Of a stretch of 64,000 nt of DNA, positions 1 to 10,821 are shown in pieces (positions within the stretch are counted from its first letter, which is position 1; the number at the start of each line of letters is the position of its first letter). The stretch comes from Clostridia bacterium (GTDB lineage: Bacteria > Bacillota > Clostridia > Acetivibrionales > UBA4821): NCBI GenBank assembly GCA_041687355.1, contig JAWLCD010000011.1, positions 2,217 through 66,216 on the forward strand. Reading direction: 5' to 3'. The position numbers and the translations under genes were made by a program. The notes beneath the pieces were generated by a model. The model was not told where the DNA came from. It was given only the letters and a program-made list of their open reading frames with translations, and did not search any database.

Positions 1-666
1 GCCTATGAATGCGACCCTGTATCCATATTCGGTGGAATAATTGCTGCCAACAGGGAAATTGACGAGAGAACGGCCAAGGAGATTAACAAGATATTTGTTG
101 AGATAATTATTGCCCCGGCGTATACTGCGGGAGCTCTCGAAGTGCTTAAATCCAAAAAGAATGTGAGGGTTCTGGAGCTTAAGGATATACAAATCAAGTA
201 TACCCAGGGAATGCTCGACTATAAGAAGGTAGGGGGAGGCCTTTTGGTCCAGGAAGTAAATAATGCGTTGCTTGACCCTGCAGAAATCAGGGTAGTAACA
301 AAAGCCCAGCCTGACCAGAAGCAAATGGACGATTTAATATTTGCCTGGAAGACAGTTAAACATGTAAAATCCAATGCAATAGTCATTGCAAGGAATAAGC
401 AAACCATCGGAATCGGACCTGGACAGGTAAACCGTGTATGGGCTACTCAAAGTGCAGTTGAGAGAGGTGGTGAGAGTGCTAGAGGAGCAGTGCTTGCTTC
501 AGATGCATTCTTTCCATTTGCCGATAATATTGAAGCTGCTGCAAAAGCTGGAGTTTCAGCAATTATCCAGCCTGGTGGCTCACTGAAGGATCAGGACTCT
601 ATAGATGCATGCAACAAGCACGGAATTGCTATGGTATTTACGGGGATAAGACATTTTAAACATTAA
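1..666 (+). CDS. purH: Bifunctional IMP cyclohydrolase/AICAR formyltransferase, C-terminal part (5' truncated by window)
   Basis: Frame +1 is open from base 1 ([21 protein letters not shown]...); PurH C-terminal motifs [37 protein letters not shown]. The supplied ORF at 142 is an internal Met. Confidence 0.95.
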   Translation, partial: AYECDPVSIFGGIIAANREIDERTAKEINKIFVEIIIAPAYTAGALEVLKSKKNVRVLELKDIQIKYTQGMLDYKKVGGGLLVQEVNNALLDPAEIRVVTKAQPDQKQMDDLIFAWKTVKHVKSNAIVIARNKQTIGIGPGQVNRVWATQSAVERGGESARGAVLASDAFFPFADNIEAAAKAGVSAIIQPGGSLKDQDSIDACNKHGIAMVFTGIRHFKH

Positions 667-717
667 AATGCTGCTAAGACTTGGACAGAAGGCCAAGAAA
701 AAGGGGGGAGATAGCTA

Positions 718-1974
718 ATGAAGGTTCTGGTTATTGGAGGAGGAGGTCGGGAGCACACACTTGTATGGAAGATAGTTCAAAGCCCAAGGGTGAAGAAAGT
801 GTATTGCACTCCAGGAAATGGAGGAATAAGCAGGCTGGCCGAGTGTGTTGATATTGAGGCTGGAGATTTAACTGCAGTTGTTAAATTCGCAAAAGAAAAG
901 GAAATAGACCTTGCTGTTGTGGGGCCTGATGACCCGCTTGCAATGGGATTGGTGGATAAGCTGGAGGAGGCAGGAATAAGGACGTTCGGGCCTTGTGCCC
1001 GGGCGGCTGAGATAGAAGCAAGTAAGGTTTTTTCAAAGGACCTGATGAAAAAATACAATATCCCTACAGCACATTACGAAGTATTTGAAGATTCTGACCA
1101 AGCTGTTAGGTATTTAAGAAACTGCACATTCCCAGTTGTCGTAAAGGCTGAAGGTTTAGCCCTGGGCAAGGGCGTTGTTATAGCCGAGGAATTTGAACAC
1201 GCTAAAAATGCAGTTGAAGAAATGATGTTAAAAAGGGTATTCGGTGAGGCTGGAAGACGGATAGTGATTGAAGAATTCCTTGAAGGTCAGGAAGTGTCCA
1301 TACTTACGTTTACAGACGGAAAAACGGTAGTACCTATGGTGAGTTCACAGGACCATAAAAGGGTCTATGACAATGATTGTGGTCCAAATACCGGAGGTAT
1401 GGGAACCTTTTCTCCGAGCAGGATATATTCCAAAGAGCTGGCTGAAGAGTGTATGGAAAGGATATACATACCCACAATAAGGGCTATGGAAAGTGAAGGC
1501 AGAAGGTTCAAGGGTGTACTGTATTTCGGACTCATAATTACCCGAGAAGGCCCAAAGGTTCTTGAATATAATGCCAGATTCGGTGACCCTGAAACCCAGG
1601 TCGTTATTCCGAGGCTCAAAACCGATATAATAGATGTATTTGATGCTGTAATTGATGAAAGACTTGGGCAGGTAAATATAGAGTGGCATCCCGGTGGCGC
1701 AGCGTGTGTGGTTATGGCGTCAGAGGGCTATCCGGGCAAGTATGAGAAAGGTTATGAGATTTCGGGAATCGAAGAGGCTGAAGAACTTGGGTGTATGGTG
1801 TTTCATGCTGGAACAAAAGTTCATAATGGGAAGCTGGTAACCTCGGGGGGCAGGGTACTTGGAGTTTCGGCATTAGGCAGCAGCCTTGAAAGTTCAATAG
1901 AAAAAGCTTATGAAGGTGTGGCCAGAATACGTTTCAAGGGTGCTCATTATAGAAAAGATATCGGAATAAAATAA
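718..1974 (+). CDS. purD: Phosphoribosylamine-glycine ligase
   Basis: MKVLVIGGGGREHTLVWK...; NTGGMGTFSPS; FNARFGDPETQV-like motif; adjacent to purH. Confidence 0.97.
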   Translation: MKVLVIGGGGREHTLVWKIVQSPRVKKVYCTPGNGGISRLAECVDIEAGDLTAVVKFAKEKEIDLAVVGPDDPLAMGLVDKLEEAGIRTFGPCARAAEIEASKVFSKDLMKKYNIPTAHYEVFEDSDQAVRYLRNCTFPVVVKAEGLALGKGVVIAEEFEHAKNAVEEMMLKRVFGEAGRRIVIEEFLEGQEVSILTFTDGKTVVPMVSSQDHKRVYDNDCGPNTGGMGTFSPSRIYSKELAEECMERIYIPTIRAMESEGRRFKGVLYFGLIITREGPKVLEYNARFGDPETQVVIPRLKTDIIDVFDAVIDERLGQVNIEWHPGGAACVVMASEGYPGKYEKGYEISGIEEAEELGCMVFHAGTKVHNGKLVTSGGRVLGVSALGSSLESSIEKAYEGVARIRFKGAHYRKDIGIK

Positions 1975-1975
1975 C

Positions 1976-2028
1976 AAACGGGAAATTCAATAAAATTTGG
2001 TGTTTAATTTTATTGAATTTCCCGTTTA
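1976..2028. terminator. Long AT-rich palindrome downstream of purD
   Basis: AAACGGGAAATTCAATAAAATT-loop-AATTTTATTGAATTTCCCGTTT, starting right after the purD stop. Confidence 0.75.
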
Positions 2029-2153
2029 AGTTCGCTGCGCTCACAACTTCTTAGATGTAGCTTTTGTTGAAATCTAGTCATAGCAACGCTTTGCAGTGGA
2101 CTTTCCTAGATTATAACAAAACAGGTAAGGATTAATCCTTACCTGTTGAACTC

Positions 2154-2339
2154 TTATCTCCTTTTCCTATGCTGAAACAGGTCTATTCCACCCAAGACAA
2201 CATGGGCAAGACCGAAACCAGCTACGCCGGAAGCAATCAGAGGAGTAACCGGCAGCAATGCCAATCCGGTAGCTGTAACAGCGGTGCCGACTACTGCAGG
2301 AACAGTACCCTCACGCCATTTTCTTCTTTTCATAAACAA
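2154..2339 (-). CDS. Small Gly/Val-rich hydrophobic protein, unknown function
   Basis: 61 aa ORF; basic ends flanking a hydrophobic core; upstream rc sequence contains AAAAAGGAGGTAG as RBS. Confidence 0.6.
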   Translation of the reverse strand: MFMKRRKWREGTVPAVVGTAVTATGLALLPVTPLIASGVAGFGLAHVVLGGIDLFQHRKRR

Positions 2340-2404
2340 CTACCTCCTTTTTTGAGTTCATAAATTAGGTTGCGGAGATAGCAGTTTTTTATTCGGTAGA
2401 TTTT

Positions 2405-2689
2405 TTATTCAAAAAGGCAGTTAATTACATTAATAATATCCCTATCAACCACTTTATAACATACTTCAGAACCAGTTCTATTACCTTCGACAATTCCTGC
2501 AGCTCTAAGCTTGGAAAGATGCTGTGAAACGCTGGACTGCGAGATTCCCAGACAATCCTGTATATTTGATACATTGCTTGGAGATTCCATAAGCTTCTTT
2601 ACAATGCATAACCTATTTAGATGTGCAATTACTTTTAGCTTTTCTGATAGTACCAGATACTGCCTTTTTGTCATTTTAACCACCTGCAA
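2405..2689 (-). CDS. ArsR-family winged HTH transcriptional regulator
   Basis: RLCIVKKLMESPSNVSNIQDCLGISQSSVSQHLSKLRAAGIVEGNRTGSEVCYKV is characteristic of ArsR-type HTH. Confidence 0.9.
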   Translation of the reverse strand: MQVVKMTKRQYLVLSEKLKVIAHLNRLCIVKKLMESPSNVSNIQDCLGISQSSVSQHLSKLRAAGIVEGNRTGSEVCYKVVDRDIINVINCLFE

Positions 2690-2910
2690 TTTTACATATT
2701 TAATAGATATATATCTTATTTTGGATTATAAATTCTAGTATTTCTATAATTATATTGGTTTGGGAAATTATTCTATATTTACATATTATAATAGTCTTGC
2801 TAGGTAGTCAATAATTAATTTCCTTATAGCTGGAAAATAAGGCTTACATTGTGAAAGTAAAAGAAATGTATGGGTCTAGGGAAAATGAATTAATTTCAAA
2901 GATACAAATG

Positions 2911-2939
2911 TTGACATAAGACTTCCGGGTTGTTATATT
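2911..2939 (+). promoter_or_regulatory. Predicted sigma-A promoter for the valS T-box operon
   Basis: TTGACA (2911-2916), 17-nt spacer, TATATT (2934-2939). Confidence 0.7.
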
Positions 2940-2969
2940 ATATATTAACAAAACATAGGGAATAAGCCA

Positions 2970-3205
2970 AAAACAAAGATGGAGAGGAGTAAGCAGCACA
3001 GCCTCCAAGAGAGAAGCACCCACAGGCTGAAAGGTGCATCAGGTAAAACTGCTGAAGGTCGCTCTGGAGTTCTGCAGTTAAATATCAGTAGACTGCAGCG
3101 GGTAGTGCCGTTATACACTTTGAGTGTATATTCCACATCGGAATATAAATTAAGGTGGTACCACGGAACCTTCGTCCTTAGGAAACGGAGGTTTTTTTAT
3201 TCGGG
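2970..3205 (+). promoter_or_regulatory. T-box leader (tRNA-Val specific) with terminator
   Basis: T-box sequence AAGGTGGTACCACGGAACC followed by CGTCCTTAGGAAACGGAGGTTTTTTT; candidate specifier GUC (CUGAAGGUCGCUC, 3058-3060) matches the valS gene downstream. Confidence 0.93.
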
Positions 3206-3217
3206 AGGTGAAGCAAA

Positions 3218-3424
3218 ATGAGTTTTTACTTTATTACAGGTATTTCGTTTATGGGGGTTGGAGCCATAGTTGTGTATTTCGCAAGATTCTTGCTGAAGAG
3301 CTTTCTGCCCGGCTTTATGAATGAAAAAGGTATATTGACTGCAAAGCTGATTGGACTCACACTGGTGGTCCTGGGAGCGTTTATAATATTTTTCAGCGGG
3401 GTCTCAGAGTTCAGAAGTCCATGA
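3218..3424 (+). CDS. Small two-TM membrane protein between T-box and valS
   Basis: 68 aa, hydrophobic; RBS TCGGGAGGTGAAGC; lies inside the T-box transcription unit. Confidence 0.8.
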   Translation: MSFYFITGISFMGVGAIVVYFARFLLKSFLPGFMNEKGILTAKLIGLTLVVLGAFIIFFSGVSEFRSP

Positions 3425-3472
3425 TACAGATATTGAAAAAATCGGGAATAGAATTTAAAGGAGGAATGGAAT

Positions 3473-6124
3473 ATGTCTGAACAAAGATTGATTTCAAAGA
3501 CCTATGAACCTGATAAAGTTGAAGAAAAAACCTATAGAGAATGGATGGGAAAAGGATATTTCAGGGCTGAGATAGACAAAGACAAGGAACCTTATACCAT
3601 CGTGATGCCACCTCCTAACGTAACCGGTCAGCTGCATATGGGTCATGCGCTTGACAATACCCTGCAGGATATTCTAATCAGGTGGAGAAGGATGCAGGGA
3701 TACTCTGCCTTGTGGCTTCCGGGAACCGACCATGCAGGTATTTCTACCGAAGCTAAGGTTGTTGAGAAACTGAGACAGGAAGGGTTAACCAAAGAGGCCC
3801 TTGGTAGGGAGAAATACCTTGAAAGAGCATGGGAGTGGAAGAAACAGTATGGCGGCAGGATAGTTGAACAGCTTAAGAAGCTGGGCTGTTCCTGTGATTG
3901 GTCGCGTGAAAGGTTTACACTGGATGAAGGGCTTTCGTCAGCGGTCACCGAGGTTTTTGTCAAGCTCTATAAAAAGGGCTTGATTTATAAGGGCGAGAGG
4001 ATAATAAACTGGTGTCCCAAGTGCAGAACTTCCATTTCGGATGCAGAGGTTGAATATGAAGAGAAAAGCGGCAGCCTGTGGTATATAAAATACCCGACAC
4101 CTGATGGAACTGACGGTATAGTTGTTGCCACCACAAGACCGGAGACAATGCTGGGTGATACGGCTGTAGCAGTTCATCCCGAGGATGAAAGATATAAGCA
4201 ACTTATAGGCAGAACAGTTGTCCTTCCGCTTATGAACAGGGAAATACCGGTGATTGCAGACCAATATGTGGATAAGGAATTCGGTACAGGGGCTGTTAAG
4301 ATTACCCCTGCCCATGATCCTAATGATTTTGAAGTTGGTCTCAGGCATAACCTTGAACAGATTAAGGTAATTGATGATGCTGGAATCATGAGTAAAAATG
4401 CGGGTAGATATGAAGGTATGGAAAGATACCAGGCAAGGAAGGCTATAGTCGAAGATTTGACAAAGCTGGGACTGCTTGAGAAAACCGAAGAGCATAAGCA
4501 TAATGTCGGAGGGTGTTACCGCTGTAATACTGTAATAGAACCTTCACTCTCAGAACAGTGGTTTGTTAAAATGAAGCCCCTGGCTGAGCCTGCAATCCGG
4601 GTTGTAAAGGAAGGGAAGATTAAATTTGTCCCAGACAGATTCTCAAAGATTTACTTCAATTGGATGGAGAATATCCAGGATTGGTGTATTTCGAGGCAGT
4701 TATGGTGGGGGCACAGGATTCCAGCCTATTATTGTTTGGACTGCGGGTATATAATGGTTGAAAAGGAGCCGCCTTCAAGCTGTGAAAAGTGCGGAAGTAA
4801 AAATATAAAGCAGGATGAAGATACGCTGGATACGTGGTTCAGCTCGGCACTCTGGCCCTTCTCCACCCTGGGGTGGCCGGAGAAGACCCAGGACCTTGAG
4901 TACTTCTATCCGACCAGTGTACTTGTTACAGCTTATGACATCATCTTCTTCTGGGTTGCAAGAATGATATTCTCCGGGATGGAGCATATGGCTGAGGAGC
5001 CGTTCAAGTATGTATTTATCCATGGCATTGTCAGGGATGCCCAGGGAAGAAAGATGTCCAAATCCTTAGGGAACGGAATTGACCCTATTGAGGTAATAGA
5101 CAAGTACGGTACAGATGCGTTAAGGTTTTCACTCACTATAGGCAATACACCCGGTAATGACATAAGGTTTTCAACCGAAAAGATAGAATCGGTGAGGAAC
5201 TTTGCCAACAAGATATGGAATGCTTCAAGGTTTGTTTTAATGAATCTGGAGCAGGGTAGGGATGACGCCAGCCATGCCCCCTTAAGGTTTACGCTTGCGG
5301 ATAAATGGATTCTCAGTAGGGTAAACCAGCTGGTACAGGAAGTAACAGATAATATGGAGAAATTTGAATTTGGTATTGCCGCTCAGAAATTGTATGAGTT
5401 CTTCTGGGATGAATTCTGCGATTGGTATATTGAAATGGTAAAACCAAGACTGTATGATATAAATAATCCCTCAAGACCCGAAGCGCAGTATGTTCTGACT
5501 AAAGTGCTGAGTACGGCATTAAAGCTTCTGCATCCATACATGCCGTTTATTACAGAAGAGATATACAGGAACCTGGTTGATGAAGACACAAGTATTATGG
5601 TTTCCGAATGGCCAGGGTTTGACCGCAGTCTTAGATATGAAGCCGACCAGGAAGATATGGCTCTAATTATGGAAACCATAAAATCAATAAGGAACATTAG
5701 AGCCGAGATGAACGTTCCTGCCAGCAGGAAATCCAAGGTGTTCTTAGTAACCGGGGATACCGGAATAAGGGAACTCCTTGACAGAGAGAAGACTTATTTT
5801 GAAAGACTGGCCTGGTCTGAAATTGAAATAAGACAGAATAGGCATGGGATTTCAAAGAATGTAGTTTCGGCAGTAATACCCGGAGTTGAGATATTTATTC
5901 CTTTTGAGGAACTGGTTGATGTGAGTAAGGAAATTGAAAGGCTGGGAAGGGAGAAGGCCGACCTCGAAAAGGAACTGCATAGGGTAAACGGACTGTTAAG
6001 TAATGAAAAATTCATGCAAAAGGCGCCTAAAAAGGTTGTGGACGAGGAGAAAGAAAAGAAAGTCCGTTATACCGAAATGATGGAAAAAGTTGTTGAGAGG
6101 CTGGAGAGCCTTAAGAATAATTGA
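3473..6124 (+). CDS. valS: Valyl-tRNA synthetase
   Basis: 883 aa; [21 protein letters not shown] (HIGH) and [12 protein letters not shown] (KMSKS); C-terminal coiled coil. Confidence 0.98.
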   Translation: MSEQRLISKTYEPDKVEEKTYREWMGKGYFRAEIDKDKEPYTIVMPPPNVTGQLHMGHALDNTLQDILIRWRRMQGYSALWLPGTDHAGISTEAKVVEKLRQEGLTKEALGREKYLERAWEWKKQYGGRIVEQLKKLGCSCDWSRERFTLDEGLSSAVTEVFVKLYKKGLIYKGERIINWCPKCRTSISDAEVEYEEKSGSLWYIKYPTPDGTDGIVVATTRPETMLGDTAVAVHPEDERYKQLIGRTVVLPLMNREIPVIADQYVDKEFGTGAVKITPAHDPNDFEVGLRHNLEQIKVIDDAGIMSKNAGRYEGMERYQARKAIVEDLTKLGLLEKTEEHKHNVGGCYRCNTVIEPSLSEQWFVKMKPLAEPAIRVVKEGKIKFVPDRFSKIYFNWMENIQDWCISRQLWWGHRIPAYYCLDCGYIMVEKEPPSSCEKCGSKNIKQDEDTLDTWFSSALWPFSTLGWPEKTQDLEYFYPTSVLVTAYDIIFFWVARMIFSGMEHMAEEPFKYVFIHGIVRDAQGRKMSKSLGNGIDPIEVIDKYGTDALRFSLTIGNTPGNDIRFSTEKIESVRNFANKIWNASRFVLMNLEQGRDDASHAPLRFTLADKWILSRVNQLVQEVTDNMEKFEFGIAAQKLYEFFWDEFCDWYIEMVKPRLYDINNPSRPEAQYVLTKVLSTALKLLHPYMPFITEEIYRNLVDEDTSIMVSEWPGFDRSLRYEADQEDMALIMETIKSIRNIRAEMNVPASRKSKVFLVTGDTGIRELLDREKTYFERLAWSEIEIRQNRHGISKNVVSAVIPGVEIFIPFEELVDVSKEIERLGREKADLEKELHRVNGLLSNEKFMQKAPKKVVDEEKEKKVRYTEMMEKVVERLESLKNN

Positions 6125-6134
6125 TTGAATTGAT

Positions 6135-6178
6135 AAAATACAGAAAGGACCGGAATATTCCGGTCCTTTCTGTATTTT
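6135..6178. terminator. Perfect 22+22 nt palindromic bidirectional terminator
   Basis: AAAATACAGAAAGGACCGGAAT/ATTCCGGTCCTTTCTGTATTTT between valS and the convergent ORF. Confidence 0.9.
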
Positions 6179-6672
6179 AAATTGTCAGTCTCCTTATAGG
6201 TAAAGTGAGGAAGTTAAGCTTATTAATAAGCAAGAATACTCTGGCATAAACCATCCTGACCCTGCTTCTACGGACAGCCATTAAACACAGATGGTCCTTT
6301 AGCCCGGCCAATGACAAGGTAATGTCATTCATAAGTATATCCCTGTAGTAATAACTCTTTTCTTTCTTTAAGGCTCGGGCACACATCTGAATCTTGTAAA
6401 TATATGGCTGCTGGTCTGGATGTGCATACCGCAGAACCTCTTCTGCAACAGCCAAGAGCTTGTCTGGGTCTGCATAGGGCATACCGCTTGAGGTATTACG
6501 GATACCACCGCAGTTAGCCAATCTGTTTACAACCTTTCCTGGGTCCGTACCTGGAACATGCTTAAACGTATATTTTATATCATCTTCGTGGATTGGTACT
6601 GAACGTCGTGCCAGGCGTGTATGTGCAGATGGCTCTCCTATACGTACTTTCGTTTTAAGTCTTTCTCTCATT
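6177..6672 (-). CDS. Hypothetical protein
   Basis: ORF with strong upstream RBS (AAAGGAGGTGCTTGGGAATG); start adjusted to MRERLKTK; no family recognised. Confidence 0.65.
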
Positions 6673-6695
6673 CCCAAGCACCTCCTTTGAAGCCG

Positions 6696-7019
6696 TTACT
6701 TGACGTCCTTAATGTAGTGGTAGAATTCCATGAGTTCTGTTTCGCAATCACGTTTATGAACAAATGGCGCAAGGCTTTTAACAAGCTGCTGCCTGCTCTC
6801 ACTCACTATTATCCGCTGTCTGTACTCAGGTATCTGGGTTGAGAACAGGTTGCTGAGGTGGTTTCCCAAATGGAGCCTCAATCTTTGCAGCGATCGGCCT
6901 GATCTTTCAAGCTTGCGGATATGTTCCAGAATCTGTTTGCACCTTGTCTTCTCAAGAGACAGGGAAGCGCCTTGTGACGAAAGGAATGCAGATCTGTAAC
7001 CTGACTTTTTGTAACCCAT
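6696..7019 (-). CDS. Hypothetical protein, basic/coiled-coil-like
   Basis: 107 aa ORF with RBS TAAGGAGGAAAT; 24 nt upstream of the next minus-strand ORF, likely same operon. Confidence 0.6.
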   Translation of the reverse strand: MGYKKSGYRSAFLSSQGASLSLEKTRCKQILEHIRKLERSGRSLQRLRLHLGNHLSNLFSTQIPEYRQRIIVSESRQQLVKSLAPFVHKRDCETELMEFYHYIKDVK

Positions 7020-7266
7020 CAGATTTCCTCCTTAACGGCTGACATAAAGCCGCTGATTTGATATACAACTCCTTGGTCGAAATTATTCCGAACAGGTTAA
7101 GACATATAGAATTTTTGAGTAGATAATGTTTAATTTTACTATTATTTTAAAGCAAGTTCAAGAGAAAAAAGCATATTATTAACTTTTTGCAGAACAATAT
7201 CTTTTTTCATGTGTGCCGGTTTGTTATAATGAATTCAGGATCATAACAGGATTCAGGAGAAATAGT

Positions 7267-8529
7267 ATGCAGAAAAAAACAATGCCGTTCTGGAAGGATT
7301 ACTGCAGGCCAAGATATAAGGATGAGATTGAGAATATTCAATCTGAGTTTCTTGCGCCGTATGCTGCTGTCACGACTGCCGGAAGAAGGTACAAAGAGGA
7401 GAGTTACAAGCTGGAGACCCGTTCCGAGTTCCAGCATGACAGGGACAGGATAATTCACTCCAAGGCATTCAGGAGACTATTATACAAGACTCAGGTATTT
7501 GTAAACCATGAAGGAGACCATTATCGTACAAGGCTGACGCACAGTATGGAGGCAGCCCAGATAGCAAGGAGCATATCAAGATGTCTCGGGCTGAATGAAG
7601 ATTTGACAGAAGCTATTTCGCTCGGGCACGACCTTGGACATACACCTTTTGGACATGCTGTGGAAGGACTGCTTGACAGATATCTTAAGGAAGAAGGTGG
7701 CTTTCTTCACAACCAGCATGGTGTAAGAGTGGTTGATATTCTGGAAAACAAGCCTGGCTATCCCCAGGGGGATTTCGGGCTGAACCTTACATGGGAAGTA
7801 AGGGAGGGGATACTAAAGCATACCGGTGATTCAAGCGGAATATATGCAGACCTTTGTCCGGATAAGCCGGGTTCGTTGGAATCCCAGGTTGTCTATTATG
7901 CGGATAAGATAGCATATATTTGCCACGACCTTGAAGACGCCATGAGTGCAGGCATAATTGATGAACTCAAGAAAAGCTGTATCATAGGCCAGGAATATCC
8001 TGAAAAGTTCTGGTATGATTTCGGAGTGGAGAAGTGTCACATAGATAAAGGTGTAAGTCCGCTTATCGGAGTTCTTACAAGGGTACTTACAGAGGAAACC
8101 ATAAAGGTAATTAGCAGGTACAATATAGACAGCACTGAGAAGGTAAGAAAGTTTTGCGACAATGGGGAAAACTTAAACAGGATTGTTACTTTCGGGCCTT
8201 TTGAATCCAGGTTCAAGGAATTAAAAGGGTTTGTATACAAATACATATACAGCAGTCCGGTTGTATCAGTCATGGATGTAAAAGCTGTGAGGGTTATCAG
8301 AAAAATATTTCATACCTATAAAAGAAATCCTGAGCAGCTGCCCTACCCGGTCTATGACTTATATATAAAAACTGTGGAAAAGCCGGAGAAACTCGGGAAT
8401 GGATACCTAACTACACCGCTGAGGGTAATATGCGATTATATTGCTTCAATGACTGACAGGTATGCAATTGAGGAATACGACAGACTGTTCAATCCACATT
8501 CTAAAGTCTATAAAGGTGTATCAATATGA
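7267..8529 (+). CDS. dgt: Deoxyguanosinetriphosphate triphosphohydrolase-like HD protein
   Basis: YKTQVFVNHEGDHYRTRLTHSMEAAQIARSI; DLGHTPFGHAVEG; HNQHGVRVVD; start assigned to the internal Met (MQKKTMPF). Confidence 0.93.
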   Translation: MQKKTMPFWKDYCRPRYKDEIENIQSEFLAPYAAVTTAGRRYKEESYKLETRSEFQHDRDRIIHSKAFRRLLYKTQVFVNHEGDHYRTRLTHSMEAAQIARSISRCLGLNEDLTEAISLGHDLGHTPFGHAVEGLLDRYLKEEGGFLHNQHGVRVVDILENKPGYPQGDFGLNLTWEVREGILKHTGDSSGIYADLCPDKPGSLESQVVYYADKIAYICHDLEDAMSAGIIDELKKSCIIGQEYPEKFWYDFGVEKCHIDKGVSPLIGVLTRVLTEETIKVISRYNIDSTEKVRKFCDNGENLNRIVTFGPFESRFKELKGFVYKYIYSSPVVSVMDVKAVRVIRKIFHTYKRNPEQLPYPVYDLYIKTVEKPEKLGNGYLTTPLRVICDYIASMTDRYAIEEYDRLFNPHSKVYKGVSI

Positions 8530-9113
8530 ACAAGTATGCCGGTTTCTATGAACTTAAGTCTTTAAACATACCGACAGTTCCCTGGGAAAGGTTTCAGGTT
8601 AACACCATACTGGACCGGCGCTATCTATGGACAATAAGGGCAGCTGTCGAAAATGGAAATGACCTTGGACTTCCTAGAGCTGTAGGAGTGATGGCTGAGG
8701 AAGCATATATGAAGGGTATGGAGTTCCTGCGCAAGTTTGGTGATACAGGCTTGGTAATCTACTACCCTTATTTCATAGCTGAAAAAAGCGGGGTTATTGA
8801 TATAAGCAGTGGGAGAACGGTTGTTGAAGGGGTAAAAGGCGATTTGTGGAACCTGGTCTCACATGGTGTAAAAGATGTTACGGTGATTATTGAAGACACA
8901 AATCATTATTTTAGAGGGGAAAAGGATTTTTTGTCAGAAGATGAGATGAATGAAATTCTGGGTTATTCGAATATACTAAGAGGTAGGTACAGGAATATTC
9001 TAACTGAAGGGAAGTCGCTGATGCTGGAGTGGAGTTATGCGTTTAAATCAGATATCAATAATAGGCCTACAGGAGACAGATATTTAGTGTTTTACGAAAT
9101 GAGAGCAACCTAA
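8526..9113 (+). CDS. Hypothetical protein co-transcribed with dgt
   Basis: 195 aa, start overlaps dgt stop; no family recognised with confidence. Confidence 0.8.
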   Translation: MNKYAGFYELKSLNIPTVPWERFQVNTILDRRYLWTIRAAVENGNDLGLPRAVGVMAEEAYMKGMEFLRKFGDTGLVIYYPYFIAEKSGVIDISSGRTVVEGVKGDLWNLVSHGVKDVTVIIEDTNHYFRGEKDFLSEDEMNEILGYSNILRGRYRNILTEGKSLMLEWSYAFKSDINNRPTGDRYLVFYEMRAT

Positions 9114-9309
9114 TGAATAATGCTATGAATTATTGGTTGTTTTAGAAAGATGTATACAAGTGGAAGAGGTTTGACACAATAACTCATATTTGATATACAT
9201 ATGTTATATAAGAATAAGGTAGTATCGGAATAAGATGTATACTTACAGTAGAAAAAAGTATTTTTTTGTGCTATAATTAATTTGAGCAATTCATTACAGG
9301 AAGGAGAGG

Positions 9310-9729
9310 TTGAGTATGGCTGAACAAACCAAGGCCAAGGATGGTAACGTGGGCAGCATCAGGATAGCTAATGAGGTGGTTGCAATAATTGCCGGTCTGG
9401 CTGCAACTGAGGTTGCCGGAGTTGCAGGCATGAGCGGTGGTATTGCAGGCGATATAGTTGAGATTCTTCGGGGCAAGAACCTTTCCAAGGGAGTTAAAGT
9501 TGAAGTAGGAGAAAAGGAAACTGCCATAGATTTGTTTATCATAGTAGAGTATGGAGTTAGAATTCCTGATATCGCATGGGAGATTCAGAACAAGGTCAAG
9601 AAGGCTGTCGAGACCATGACAGGGCTTAATGTTGTTGAAGTAAATATCAATGTTCAGGCAGTGAATATTGAAAGGGAAACCAAGAAAGAACATAAGGAAA
9701 AAGAAGAGGAAGCTCACAGGGTTAAATAA
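9310..9729 (+). CDS. Asp23/Gls24 family envelope stress protein
   Basis: IRIANEVVAIIAGLAATEVAGVAGMSGGIAGDI...KGVKVEVGEKETAIDLFIIVEYGVRIPDIAWEIQNKVKKAVETMTGLNVVEVNINVQAV. Confidence 0.95.
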   Translation: MSMAEQTKAKDGNVGSIRIANEVVAIIAGLAATEVAGVAGMSGGIAGDIVEILRGKNLSKGVKVEVGEKETAIDLFIIVEYGVRIPDIAWEIQNKVKKAVETMTGLNVVEVNINVQAVNIERETKKEHKEKEEEAHRVK

Positions 9730-9918
9730 GCCTTCATAGTGACTCATTATGTTAGGTAGAAGTGCACTAACCTTTATCATGTTTAGAAAAGCATCTTGTT
9801 TTATACCCTTTTTTAAAAGGGTTTATTTTTTTAGAAAAATAAAATATAATGTTTTTTGAAAGACAGATTGTATGCAGGATACTTAAATGAAATATATTTG
9901 AGAAACGGGGGAAACGGT

Positions 9919-10476
9919 GTGAATTTATTTGGAAGGTTGATGTTGTCGTTTTATGCATTTCTGATTGCTCTATTATCAATAACTGCTCTTGTTTTATCAT
10001 TCCTGGTTTGGGCGGGCACCATACCTTACTACACTGCCGCCGAAATGGCAGGGCTGCTCGTATCATACCAGTGGACGCTTCCAACAGTTTTGGTAACTGC
10101 TTTGCTGCTATTCGTTATTAGCCTTAGATTTATGCTCATGGGAGCAGGGAACAGGCAGGAAAGGAGCCCGGTTACAAGAGATGCTGCGGGTGGAGAAATT
10201 GCAATTTCGTTGGAAACATTTGAGAGCATTGCGCTGTCTGCCCTTAGGAAGATACCTGAGGCAAAGGATTACTCGGCAAAGGTAAGGAGAACGAATGACG
10301 GAGTGATAGTATCTATAAGCCTGTCTGTCATTCAGGATGTAAATATACCTGAGCTGGCCGAAGATATTCAGGTAAAAACTATTGAAGCTACTGAAAAAAT
10401 GACAGGAGTAAAAGTTCTGAATGTACGTGTGAAGATAGATAATATTGCTGCCGGTTTCAAGAATAAACTGGAATAG
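9919..10476 (+). CDS. amaP: Alkaline shock response membrane anchor protein AmaP-like
   Basis: Two N-terminal TM segments plus Asp23-like C-terminal domain; GTG start with GAAACGGTGTG context; between Asp23 and DUF2273 genes. Confidence 0.85.
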   Translation: MNLFGRLMLSFYAFLIALLSITALVLSFLVWAGTIPYYTAAEMAGLLVSYQWTLPTVLVTALLLFVISLRFMLMGAGNRQERSPVTRDAAGGEIAISLETFESIALSALRKIPEAKDYSAKVRRTNDGVIVSISLSVIQDVNIPELAEDIQVKTIEATEKMTGVKVLNVRVKIDNIAAGFKNKLE

Positions 10477-10495
10477 CTCCCTGGAGGTGAATTGG

Positions 10496-10723
10496 TTGAA
10501 CAAGGAGAAAATACTTGAATTTTATAACAAATACAAGGGAGAAGTCATAGGAGCAGGGGCTGGCCTAATCATTGCTTTATGTATCCTGTTTCTGGGTATA
10601 ATAAAAATACTGTTTATAGCTGCCTGTACATTTTTAGGCTATTATGTAGGAAAAAGAATTTATAAAGATAGAGACTATCTTAGGAATACGATGGATAGGG
10701 TTTTGAGATTTTTTAACATCTAA
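10496..10723 (+). CDS. DUF2273 small membrane protein
   Basis: LNKEKILEFYNKYKGEVIGAGAGLIIALCILFLGIIKILFIA...; TTG start after CTGGAGGTGA. Confidence 0.85.
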   Translation: MNKEKILEFYNKYKGEVIGAGAGLIIALCILFLGIIKILFIAACTFLGYYVGKRIYKDRDYLRNTMDRVLRFFNI

Positions 10724-10821
10724 TGTTAGCGGAATCCAGGTGCACAGATAAGTTAGAGAAGTGGGAGTTTGAAAATTCCGTACCCGGTTCCTATTTAACA
10801 GAATGTCTGGGAGGAAAGATA

